Source of the DNA: Halanaerobiales bacterium
GTDB taxonomy: Bacteria > Bacillota > Halanaerobiia > DY22613
DNA length: 64,000 nt
Assembly (NCBI GenBank): GCA_030627905.1
Contig: DAOVRZ010000016.1
Coordinates: forward strand, 1,897-65,896
Direction: 5' to 3'
The notes under the pieces were generated by a model. It worked only from the letters and a program-made list of their open reading frames with translations. It was not told where the DNA came from and did no database searches. The position numbers and the translations under genes were made by a program. Below, one piece after another: positions 31,765 through 40,663 of the stretch (positions are counted from its first letter, which is position 1; each line of letters starts with the position of its first letter).

Positions 31765-31932
31765 TATGATGATAGCAATGGTATTCGTCGGAAAGTGGCA
31801 GAAGTTGTTGCTGATAATGTACGATTCCTAGATTGGCCAAAAGATGGTTCTTCTCAGAGTGGTAATAAGTCTAACAATCAGAATAATGATGATTTAGGTA
31901 GTTTCGGTGACGATATAGATGTTCCATTTTAA
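31765..31932 (+). CDS. ssb: Single-stranded DNA-binding protein, exon 2 (55 codons plus stop)
   Basis: YDDSNGIRRKVAEVVADNVRFLDWP...DDLGSFGDDIDVPF* has the acidic SSB C-terminal tip. Confidence 0.88.
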   Translation, partial: YDDSNGIRRKVAEVVADNVRFLDWPKDGSSQSGNKSNNQNNDDLGSFGDDIDVPF

Positions 31933-32037
31933 TAACATTTTCGGAAGGCATAAATCTCCCCAACTTTCGTAAGTGGGGGTAAACTATCTTTCTAGAATTA
32001 TATTTAGGTAGGAATTAAAATTCCTTCCGAAATGTTA
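31933..32037 (+). repeat. Family-2 MITE-like element, copy B
   Basis: TIRs taacattttcggaagg / ccttccgaaatgtta. Starts at the nucleotide after the ssb stop codon. Confidence 0.8.
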
Positions 32038-32102
32038 TTTAATCTTCTATGAAGATTTTAAAGCTGCTTGCAGATTATTAATATTAGAGGGAGGGAATAA
32101 TT

Positions 32103-32333
32103 ATGGCACCTCGTGGTGGAAGAAAAGGTCGTAGAAAAGCTTGTGCTTTTTGTGTAGATAAAGTAAAAGATATTGACTATAAAGAGATTGGCCGTTTAAG
32201 AAGATATGTTACTGAACGTGGTAAAATTTTACCTCGTCGTATTTCTGGAAACTGTGCGAGTCATCAGCGTCAGTTGACTAGAGCGATTAAAAGAGCTCGT
32301 AATATTGCTTTGTTACCTTTTACAACTGAATAA
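32103..32333 (+). CDS. rpsR: 30S ribosomal protein S18
   Basis: 76-aa ORF with [42 protein letters not shown]. Confidence 0.96.
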   Translation: MAPRGGRKGRRKACAFCVDKVKDIDYKEIGRLRRYVTERGKILPRRISGNCASHQRQLTRAIKRARNIALLPFTTE

Positions 32334-32342
32334 TAAGAATTT

Positions 32343-32370
32343 AGGGGGCTAACTTTTTAGCCTCCTTTTT
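32343..32370 (+). terminator. Rho-independent terminator after rpsR
   Basis: agggggct aacttttt agcctcct followed by tttt. Confidence 0.7.
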
Positions 32371-32468
32371 GTGTTTATGCCCTTAGTTTTTCTAAATTAT
32401 TGCAGGACTTTCGGAATATTTAACGAAATGTATAATGGCTTACAATAATGTATTGAAAGGGTGAGAGA

Positions 32469-32798
32469 ATGAATCCAGTTCGAAATGGAAAACTTAAGTT
32501 AAATATAACTAGAAATATAAAGACGATTGAATGGTTAAAAGCTGAGTTGGTTGATGGGGTTTCATCTCTCTTTAAAGCAATGATTCCGAATAGAGAAAAT
32601 ATAATAATTAATTCACTGGTTCGGTTGATAATTGCAGCTTACGTTTTAGGAAGAAGGTTGGGTTTTACATATGAACGAATTGAGGGAGAACTTGAGTGTC
32701 AGATTGATGAACTTATTGAAGATAAACATGAAATTGACCAATGGTTTGGAGATTTGAGTGGATTAAAGAGGCATTTGCAAGAGAGAAATAAATTTTAA
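32469..32798 (+). CDS. Hypothetical 109-aa helical protein (possibly MazG-like family)
   Basis: ORF with a GGGTGAG RBS-like sequence upstream. The family assignment is from weak recall only. Confidence 0.35.
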   Translation: MNPVRNGKLKLNITRNIKTIEWLKAELVDGVSSLFKAMIPNRENIIINSLVRLIIAAYVLGRRLGFTYERIEGELECQIDELIEDKHEIDQWFGDLSGLKRHLQERNKF

Positions 32799-32881
32799 TT
32801 TAGCTGGAATGAATTGTTAGTCAAATATGATTGTCAACAAGTCAAAGTTGAGATATAATTTTTATATGGGGGGATATAGTC

Positions 32882-33325
32882 ATGAAAGTTATACTGTTAA
32901 AAAATGTAAAAAATGTTGGTAAAGAAGGTCAAGTACTGAACGTAACTGATGGATATGGTCGCAATTATTTAATTCCTCGTGGCTTAGCAAAAGAAGCTAC
33001 TGAAGGTAGTTTGGCTGATTTGAAACATATACAAAAGATAACTGAGAAGAAGAAAGAGAAAGAGTTAAAAGAAGCTCAAAAACTTAAAAAACAATTAGAA
33101 GAAACAGTCCTAGAAATCAAAGTGAAGGCTGGCAGTGGCGGTCGTTTATTCGGGTCTGTTACAAATTCTGATATTGCGGGGGTTTTGAAGAAAAAGGGTT
33201 ATAAAGTAGACAAAAGGAAAATTCAATTAAAAGAAAATATCAAAGAATTAGGTGAACACACTGTGATTATTAAATTACACAGTGATGTCATCGCATCCAT
33301 CGAAGTGAAAGTGATGGAGATATAG
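32882..33325 (+). CDS. rplI: 50S ribosomal protein L9
   Basis: MKVILLKNVKNVGKEGQVLNVTDGYGRNYLIPRGLA, the canonical L9 N-terminus. Confidence 0.96.
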   Translation: MKVILLKNVKNVGKEGQVLNVTDGYGRNYLIPRGLAKEATEGSLADLKHIQKITEKKKEKELKEAQKLKKQLEETVLEIKVKAGSGGRLFGSVTNSDIAGVLKKKGYKVDKRKIQLKENIKELGEHTVIIKLHSDVIASIEVKVMEI

Positions 33326-33338
33326 AAAGGGGCAAAAG

Positions 33339-35291
33339 ATGAAGGATTTAATTCGACGGATCTTCAATAAAGATGGTCTGGATGAGCATGAGTTAGAGCT
33401 AAATCAGTTACGTCGACAGATTACTGCAATTTATAGTTTAATTTCGAATTTATATGGTGCAGATAAATTAGTCTTAAAAGCAGGTAAGTTGGAAGCGTTG
33501 AATTTGATGCGTTCGACAAAAATTGCTGACCGTGTTTTAGCATTACAAAGAATTGTGTTTGAAGATCCTACTATCGATGGAATTCTAGAAGAAAAGGAAA
33601 TTCCACGGATTATTGATGAGATTAATGAAGAAATTGCCGATATTATTGCACGTAAAACTGTTGAAGATAAAATTGAACGTCAGATTTCAGAGAAAATGCA
33701 AGAAAAACATAATGAATATATTCAAGAGATTAAAAGACAAATAATTCGCGAATCTGAAGGAGGAACGGAAAGTCCTCAAACTCTTAAGAAATACGCTGAG
33801 CTAGAGAAGTTAGAGGCTAAAGGTCTTTCACGGTCAGCAATGGAGTTACTTCGTCCAGTTTCTTTAGAAGAAATTGTTGGTCAAGAAAGAGCCATTAAAG
33901 CATTAATGTCTAAAATTGCTTCTCCTTTTCCACAGCATGTTATTTTATATGGGCCTCCTGGAGTTGGGAAAACTACGGCTGCTCGCTTAGCATTAGAGGC
34001 TGCAAAAAAAATGTCTCGACCCCCTTTTGATGAAGATGCGAAATTTATAGAAATAGATGGTACAACCATTAGGTGGGATCCAAGGGAAGTAACAAATCCT
34101 TTGCTTGGATCTGTTCATGATCCAATCTATCAGGGTGCAAAAAGGAGTTTTGCTGATACAGGTATCCCAGAACCTAAACCAGGTTTAGTTACCGAAGCAC
34201 ATGGTGGAGTTCTCTTTATTGATGAGTTGGGTGAGATGGATCCAATGCTCCAAAACAAACTTTTGAAAGTATTAGAGGATAAACGAGCTTATTTTGAGTC
34301 ATCATATTATGACCCTACAGATAAGAATGTGCCTCAGTATATTAAAAAGCTATTTGATGAAGGAGCACCAGCAGATTTTATTTTGATTGGTGCAACTACA
34401 CGTGATCCAGGTGAGATTAGTCCTGCGTTTAGATCTCGATCTGCTGAGGTGTTTTTTGAACCTTTGACATCAGAGGATATTACAAAAATTGTTCATAACG
34501 CTGGTGAAAAGTTGAATGTAGAGTTGGAGCCTGGTGTAGCTGAAGTTGTGAGTCTTTATACTATTGAAGGACGTAAAGCGGTTAATATTTTAGCTGATGC
34601 TTATAGTCTAGCATTATATGATTTAGGTAATACAATAGATAAAGAGGAAAAACCTAAAATACGAATAACTAAAGATTTAATTTATGAAGTGGCTCAGATC
34701 AGTCGTTTGACTCCTTATGTTAGTGTTAAGGCTTCTGATACGTTGGAAGTTGGTAAAATTTTTGGTCTGGGTGTAAGTGGTTATTTGGGATCAGTGATTG
34801 AAATTGAAGCGATTGCTTTTCCATCAACAGAAAAGGGAAAAGGTCGTCTACGTTTTAATGAAACTGCTGGTAGTATGGCGAAAGATTCTGTTTTTAATGC
34901 AGCATCAGTTGTTAGAAAACTGACAGGTAAAGATATTGCCGATTATGATATTCATGTAAATATAGTTGGTGGAGGTCGGATTGATGGTCCTTCTGCTGGT
35001 ACAGCGATTCTTTTAGCAATTATAAGTGCTATCGAAAAACGTCCAATCCGTCAAGATATTGCAATTACAGGTGAAATTTCTATTCAAGGACAAGTTAAGC
35101 CAGTTGGTGGAGTTTTTGAAAAAATTTATGGTGCACGTCAAGCGGGAATTAGACAGGTTTTTGTTCCAAAAGATAATGCAAAGGATGTACCAAGTGATTG
35201 TGATGATTTAGAAGTTATGATAGCAGATCGTGTGGAGGATATTATTGATATTGTAATGCCTCCAGTAAAAGAAAATATAAAGGTAAGTTAA
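33339..35291 (+). CDS. Lon-family ATP-dependent protease (LonC-type, sporulation-associated)
   Basis: AAA+ Walker A GPPGVGKTT, Walker B VLFIDELGEMD, and C-terminal Lon protease domain with DGPSAGTAILLAI. Confidence 0.85.
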   Translation: MKDLIRRIFNKDGLDEHELELNQLRRQITAIYSLISNLYGADKLVLKAGKLEALNLMRSTKIADRVLALQRIVFEDPTIDGILEEKEIPRIIDEINEEIADIIARKTVEDKIERQISEKMQEKHNEYIQEIKRQIIRESEGGTESPQTLKKYAELEKLEAKGLSRSAMELLRPVSLEEIVGQERAIKALMSKIASPFPQHVILYGPPGVGKTTAARLALEAAKKMSRPPFDEDAKFIEIDGTTIRWDPREVTNPLLGSVHDPIYQGAKRSFADTGIPEPKPGLVTEAHGGVLFIDELGEMDPMLQNKLLKVLEDKRAYFESSYYDPTDKNVPQYIKKLFDEGAPADFILIGATTRDPGEISPAFRSRSAEVFFEPLTSEDITKIVHNAGEKLNVELEPGVAEVVSLYTIEGRKAVNILADAYSLALYDLGNTIDKEEKPKIRITKDLIYEVAQISRLTPYVSVKASDTLEVGKIFGLGVSGYLGSVIEIEAIAFPSTEKGKGRLRFNETAGSMAKDSVFNAASVVRKLTGKDIADYDIHVNIVGGGRIDGPSAGTAILLAIISAIEKRPIRQDIAITGEISIQGQVKPVGGVFEKIYGARQAGIRQVFVPKDNAKDVPSDCDDLEVMIADRVEDIIDIVMPPVKENIKVS

Positions 35292-35322
35292 AGTCGAGAT
35301 ATAACTACGTGAAAATGTTTTT

Positions 35323-35351
35323 AAAGCCAGTGCAAAAGCACTGGCTTTTTT
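35323..35351 (+). terminator. Rho-independent terminator after the lon-family gene
   Basis: aaagccagtgc aaaa gcactggcttt followed by ttt. Confidence 0.8.
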
Positions 35352-35358
35352 CATGAAA

Positions 35359-35460
35359 GTGAACTCGTCCAGCTAAAGCTGAACATCGGGGCTTCAGTAG
35401 GGGATTCTATTAAAAACAATTCCCACCACTTATAGAAGTGGGGGTCTTAACTCAAAAGAT
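35359..35460 (+). repeat. Family-1 intergenic repeat, copy 5 (13-nt internal deletion)
   Basis: Lacks the 3' arm of hairpin 2 (cccccactgaaga). Otherwise almost identical to copy 4. Confidence 0.85.
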
Positions 35461-35539
35461 TAATTTTAGTATTGGAACATCCTTTAGACTAGAGGTATAT
35501 AATAAATTAATATAAAAATTTCTAAAGGAATGATTCAAT

Positions 35540-36280
35540 ATGAATATACTAGAACAATTATATGAAGCTGCCCTATATAGAAGTAAAAACCTTGATGAGG
35601 ATAAGTTTATTATCCGTGGAATATGGAATATAGATTTATTATTTAAGCCAAATGTTTATGACAGAACATTTAGTTATGAATTACTTGTAATACAGACGTT
35701 GAATCAAGGTGCTTGTTATTGTTATAATGGCAAACCTAAGATTGATCATGAGTTGATTGGGAAAGATGCAAGATGTGTGAAGGTAGATAATTGTAATATT
35801 AAAATTGCTCTATTAGATTCTGTTTATTCTCTTTTTGAATCTAGTCCTACAAAAGAATTTGTGTTGGATGGTTATTCAAAAGAGAAATCGGAACAAAGGG
35901 CAGAAATAATAGTTTCAGAGATTTTATTTCAGTTAAAAGATATAACAAATAGAAAACCCAGTGTAGTTAATATTGGAGTGGTGGGGAATATAATTAAGAA
36001 ACTTAAAAGTTCAAACATCGAAGTATATGCAACAGACTTAGATAAAAATATTATTAATAAAGATATAAATGGTGCAATGGTTAAAAACGGGATACAAAAC
36101 AATATGGAAATGATTCAAAAATGTGATTTAGCACTTGTAACAGGAATGACTTTATCATCTGGAGCATGGTTTGCAGAAGAGTATTGCAATTCTTTTGATA
36201 TTGATGCTGTAATTAGTGAGCCTTTTCCTTTTTATATTTTTGGAGGAAAAAGTATTATAAGAGTGTTTAGGCCACAATAG
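35540..36280 (+). CDS. DUF4213/DUF364-like Rossmann-domain protein
   Basis: NIGVVGNIIKKLK...VYATDL...CDLALVTGMTL pattern. The C-terminal 40 aa look atypical. Confidence 0.4.
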   Translation: MNILEQLYEAALYRSKNLDEDKFIIRGIWNIDLLFKPNVYDRTFSYELLVIQTLNQGACYCYNGKPKIDHELIGKDARCVKVDNCNIKIALLDSVYSLFESSPTKEFVLDGYSKEKSEQRAEIIVSEILFQLKDITNRKPSVVNIGVVGNIIKKLKSSNIEVYATDLDKNIINKDINGAMVKNGIQNNMEMIQKCDLALVTGMTLSSGAWFAEEYCNSFDIDAVISEPFPFYIFGGKSIIRVFRPQ

Positions 36281-36658
36281 ACCTGCAGAAGTATTAGTAA
36301 TTGATGATAACGCATATTTAATAAGAGAACGTAGCTCATTCAAAGACTATATATACAAGCAATTCATTTCAGAGTCTTTGAATGAGTAGTTTAAAAGTGT
36401 CCAGTCGTCTGGATGCTGTTTAATTATTTATTTTTTTGATTTGCATTTAGTAATCAAATAAAAAAATATCTGTTTTTTTGTTTATAAATTAAAAAATAGC
36501 AACTGTTTACTTTTTTAAATGATATGATACAATGGGACAATCATATATAAAGTATAAATTTCAAAAACACATAAAATATGAAAAAAGAAGTGTGAAAGGA
36601 ATGTAGTCTTTGAAATGAAAAAACTATTGATAAACTATATTTGAAAGGAGATATTTAA

Positions 36659-37387
36659 ATGAAGTATAATTTTTTAAGTGTAGTAATAACAATGTCAATT
36701 TTAGTTTTGTTTGTATCAATTTTTACTATAGGAGATTTATGCGCTGCTGAAAAGGATAGAGAAATAATAATTTCAGTAAAACAAGGTGATCATTATTATC
36801 ACACTATGAAGTGGTTAAATTTAATACCAATAAAAAATTCACCTCAAATGGCTTTCTGGCTTGAGGACACTTCAGGAAAGTATATAAGCACAATATATGT
36901 AACTTCCCGTAGTGCTTTATCAAAATGGAGGGGTGGCAAAAACATTCGTAGACCATCAGCATTACCTATCTGGTCACATAAGCGTGGTGTAAAATCCAGT
37001 GATGGTTATTATATGCCAGCTAAAGATAATCAACTTCCAGATGCAGTAACTGGTGCTACTCCAAACGAATCTTTTAGTAAAGTATGGAAAATGCCTGAAG
37101 ATGTTAAATCTGGTACATATGTTTTACGAGCAGAGTTTAATCATTCATATGACTATAATGACAATTATGCGAAAGATGACATTGAAGGAGATGTATCTGG
37201 GGAACCTTCAATTCTCTGGGAAGTAGAGATCGAGTTTGGGGATGAGGAATCAAAAGTGTTGATGCAGCCAGTAGGGCATGGACATAGAACTGGTGAGAAT
37301 GGTGAAATTTATAGAGAGTTAGATAGTTTAAGTACAGCTATAAGTATTATTGAATCAATAGAAGTTTGGTATACATCAGGAAAATAA
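36659..37387 (+). CDS. Secreted/membrane-anchored protein, DUF2271-like
   Basis: N-terminal signal or TM segment (FLSVVITMSILVLFVSIF). FWLEDTSGKYISTIYV...PDAVTGATP resembles DUF2271 from recall. Confidence 0.4.
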   Translation: MKYNFLSVVITMSILVLFVSIFTIGDLCAAEKDREIIISVKQGDHYYHTMKWLNLIPIKNSPQMAFWLEDTSGKYISTIYVTSRSALSKWRGGKNIRRPSALPIWSHKRGVKSSDGYYMPAKDNQLPDAVTGATPNESFSKVWKMPEDVKSGTYVLRAEFNHSYDYNDNYAKDDIEGDVSGEPSILWEVEIEFGDEESKVLMQPVGHGHRTGENGEIYRELDSLSTAISIIESIEVWYTSGK

Positions 37388-37480
37388 ATATAGAGCACTT
37401 TCAACCTTATATCGTATTTTTACATTATTACAAAATATGATATAAGGTAATTTTTAAGATTTAAAAGGATGTTTTAATAC

Positions 37481-38272
37481 ATGATAGTAAGAACAGGTTT
37501 TGAGCAGGTTAAAGTAAATAAACTTTTTTATAGTTGTTATGATAGCGGTAAATTTATTAACTATGGAGGAATGGATATTTTTATTGTTACTAAACGAACA
37601 GATGATTTGATTGAGAAATACCTTAATCCAGAAGAAAATAAACGTTATAATTCTCTTTCATCAACTAAATTACGTTATCAGTTTTTGGCTGGTAGGATTG
37701 TAGTTAAAAGAATGGTGAATATTTTTTTTAAAAAAAGTAAACAAATTAATACAGATGTAAGGGATATAATTGTTCGTAATGTTGAGAAAGGAAATGAAAA
37801 AGGAAGACCTTATATTTATATTCCTTCACAATCCGATCATGGATTAAATATATCTATAACCCATTCTAAAGATTATGTTGCCAGTGTAATTGGAGAATCT
37901 TTTATTGTGGGAATTGATTGTGAAGAATGCTATAAGCGTGATCATTCATTTATTTCCCTGGTATTTACTAATAATGAATGGGAGTTGTGTAATACAATAT
38001 TTGCAGATTTAGAAGAGCATAATCGAATAACTTTGTTATGGATACTTAAAGAATGTTTGGTCAAAGCGATTGGTATTGGATTTCTCCTGGGATTTAAAGC
38101 TTTTGAATTATATTTAGATGAACTTAATAAAAATATATATGTTAAGTTCCATGAAAAAATGATACCATATGTACCAATAAAGTTATCATTTATACAATTT
38201 TATTATGGCTTTTTAAATAAATCATGTTTTTCTATTGCTGTATTAAAAATTTGCGATAAATATAAATTATAA
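37481..38272 (+). CDS. 4'-phosphopantetheinyl transferase (Sfp type)
   Basis: ISITHSKDYV, GIDCE and WILKECLVKAIGIG (W..KE...K motif). Confidence 0.75.
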   Translation: MIVRTGFEQVKVNKLFYSCYDSGKFINYGGMDIFIVTKRTDDLIEKYLNPEENKRYNSLSSTKLRYQFLAGRIVVKRMVNIFFKKSKQINTDVRDIIVRNVEKGNEKGRPYIYIPSQSDHGLNISITHSKDYVASVIGESFIVGIDCEECYKRDHSFISLVFTNNEWELCNTIFADLEEHNRITLLWILKECLVKAIGIGFLLGFKAFELYLDELNKNIYVKFHEKMIPYVPIKLSFIQFYYGFLNKSCFSIAVLKICDKYKL

Positions 38273-38292
38273 AAACATTAGGAGGTTTTAAT

Positions 38293-39150
38293 GTGATTAT
38301 AAGTTTTAGCAAAGATATGTGTATTGGGTGTGGGATTTGTGTAGAAGGTTGTGTTGAAGGTGTATTGGTTAATAGAGGAAAGAAAAATACTCCAGAGGCT
38401 GTGAAACCTGAAAAATGTATTAAATGCGGTCATTGTGTAGCTCTTTGTCCTTCTGATGCAATTGTTCATCATAAGATGGATATGGAACAATTTATACCTA
38501 TTAAAAAAGCTGTAGAGATTACAGATGATGCAATGGAGAATTTTCTTGGTGCGAAACGTTCGATCAGACGTTTTTCGGACAAAGTTGTAGAAAAAGAGAA
38601 GATTGAACGGTTATTAAAGGTTGGTAGGATGGCTCCTAGTGATAATAACTCTCAGGAAAGAGATTTTATTGTTCTTTCTGATCAGAATTTAATTCAACAT
38701 TTGGAAAATAAAATTGTAGAAAGTTATAAAAATTTATTATTTTGGATGAATCCAGTGATGAGAAAAATTTGTTCTCTCTTTACACCAAATTTAATGAGAG
38801 AATTAGAAAAAGTTGTGCTAGATTTCAAGGGATTAATTGAACTCGCTGAAAAAGGAGAAAAGCCAGTTTTTAGGGGTGCACCTCATGTTATCTTTATTTA
38901 TGCTCCAAAGGGAAATATCATGGCTAAAGATAACTGTCTTGCATCTCAGGATTATATGATGATACAAGCACAGACTATGGGATTGGGTACCTGTATCATT
39001 GGGTATGCAACTGGAGTACCTAAAGTTTTAGCGAAATTTTTAAAAATACCTAAAAATCATAAAGTATTTGGGGCTATAACTGTTGGTTATCCAAAATTAA
39101 CTTTTAAGAAGACAGTTGCGCGTGAAAGGGGAGAAGTTGTTTGGTTATAA
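38293..39150 (+). CDS. 2x[4Fe-4S] ferredoxin-domain / nitroreductase-family fusion protein
   Basis: CIGCGICVEGC and CIKCGHCVALCP clusters, followed by a nitroreductase fold (KRSIRRFSDK...APSDNNSQ). Confidence 0.8.
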   Translation: MIISFSKDMCIGCGICVEGCVEGVLVNRGKKNTPEAVKPEKCIKCGHCVALCPSDAIVHHKMDMEQFIPIKKAVEITDDAMENFLGAKRSIRRFSDKVVEKEKIERLLKVGRMAPSDNNSQERDFIVLSDQNLIQHLENKIVESYKNLLFWMNPVMRKICSLFTPNLMRELEKVVLDFKGLIELAEKGEKPVFRGAPHVIFIYAPKGNIMAKDNCLASQDYMMIQAQTMGLGTCIIGYATGVPKVLAKFLKIPKNHKVFGAITVGYPKLTFKKTVARERGEVVWL

Positions 39151-39202
39151 TTTATGAATTAGTAAATAAAACTTAATAACACTAAGATGTATCGGAGGTT
39201 AA

Positions 39203-40663
39203 ATGATGAATAAAAAATGTGAATTTTATCCAATTACAATTATAGGACATGGATGTGTTTATCCACCAGATGGATATGATAGTGAGAAATTTTAGAAAAA
39301 TGTTTTGTCGGGAAAATCAGGAATCAGTGAAATACCAAAAGAAATTTGGAATTGGGAATATTATTACGATGAAGATCGTAGTGCTTTAGATAAAACATAT
39401 TGTAAACTAAGTGGAATTATTGACAATTATCAGTTTCCATATGATAAATTTAATATTAAAGCTGAAGACATTGAATATTTCAATAGATGTAATTTAATGG
39501 TTTTAGATACAGTTTTACAGGCTTTTGCTTCTTCTGATATAGATCCAAAAGAAATTAACCTTGAAACGACAGCCTTCGCATTAGGAAATATGTTGGGAGA
39601 CGATTTTTTCCCTGAAACATCATTGAACTATCGGGCTAAAGAAGCATTTTATTATCTTCAACAAAGTGATGACTTTCAAAAGCTTGATAGTGAAGTTAAA
39701 AAAGAGATAGAGAAAAAGTTTTTTGAAGAGGTCGAAACTAAATTTGCAAAATTAGATGCTTCTAATTTTAAAACTGCTTCTAATAGTGCATTAGCTAAAA
39801 ATGTAACTGATTTTTTGGGAATTAAAGGTGAAGTTCAAATAATTGACGGAGCTTGTTCAGCGGGTGCTCTAGTAATAAATGAAATGATTAAGGTTTTACA
39901 TGATAAAACCTGTGATGTTGTCATAGCTTCAGCAGTTTTAGGTAGTTTGAATGTAACTGGTAATTTGAGTTTTGCTAAGATTGGTGGTATTTCTGGTACT
40001 CACAGTGCACCATTAGATATTTCAGCAAATGGTTTAATTCCAGGAGAAGGTGTTGGAACAATAATTTTGAAGCGTCTTGATGATGCTATTAGAGATAATG
40101 ATAGAATTTTTGGTGTTATTTGTGGAAGTGGAGTTTCTAGTGATGGTAAAGGAAAGGCTATCTATGCTCCAAGTTCTGAGGGACAAGCCAGATGTATTAA
40201 AGAGTCTTTAAATAGAGTTGGATTGAAACCAGTAGATATTGATTACTTTGAAGCTCATGCTACTGCAACACCTGTAGGAGATGCGGTAGAACTCAATACA
40301 TTAAAAAGCATATTTGAAGGTGAAGATTTTCGTAAAAATTCTGTAGCTATCAGTTCTGTTAAATCACAAATTGGGCATACATTTTCAGCTGCAGGTATGG
40401 CTAATTTGATAAAAGTTCTAAAAGCCTTTGAGAATGATCTGATGCCACCTATTCATAATTTTACAGAACCAAATCCTAAAATGAATCTTGAAAACTCACC
40501 ATTTTATGTGAACAAAGAAGCTAAAAAATGGGATAAAAAACCAAATAATACACCAAGAAGATGTAGTGTTAATGCGTTTGGCTTTGGTGGTGTAAATGCT
40601 AATATTGTTGTAGAAGAGTATTTAGAAGAATATCATAAAGAATTGGTAGAAAAACTGGAATAA
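39203..40663 (+). pseudogene. Type I PKS ketosynthase domain gene with in-frame TAG at 39293-39295
   Basis: MMNKKCEFYPITIIGHGCVYPPDGYDSEKF*KNVLSGKSGISEIP: the stop replaces the conserved Trp of the KS FW..l..G motif. The rest is intact: DGACSAG (Cys), EAHATATPVGD, KSQIGH. Confidence 0.75.

Noticed and set aside
4900-35460. Family-1 repeats as a CRISPR array or tRNA-like genes
   Set aside because: Copies are 7-12 kb apart, in both orientations, with no regular spacers and no cas genes. There is no cloverleaf and no anticodon or T-arm consensus.
36155-36343. 62-aa minus-strand ORF, and 38278-38490(-), 40667-40948(-), 50572-50820(-)
   Set aside because: They are antisense to, or overlap, supported plus-strand genes. 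Their composition is AT-rich and low-complexity.
39293-39295. TAG as a programmed recoding event (pyrrolysine or read-through)
   Set aside because: No pyl genes or PYLIS-like context are visible. The position corresponds to an invariant Trp (a TGG to TAG transition). The same synthase carries four other lesions. A nonsense mutation or sequencing error is the simpler explanation.
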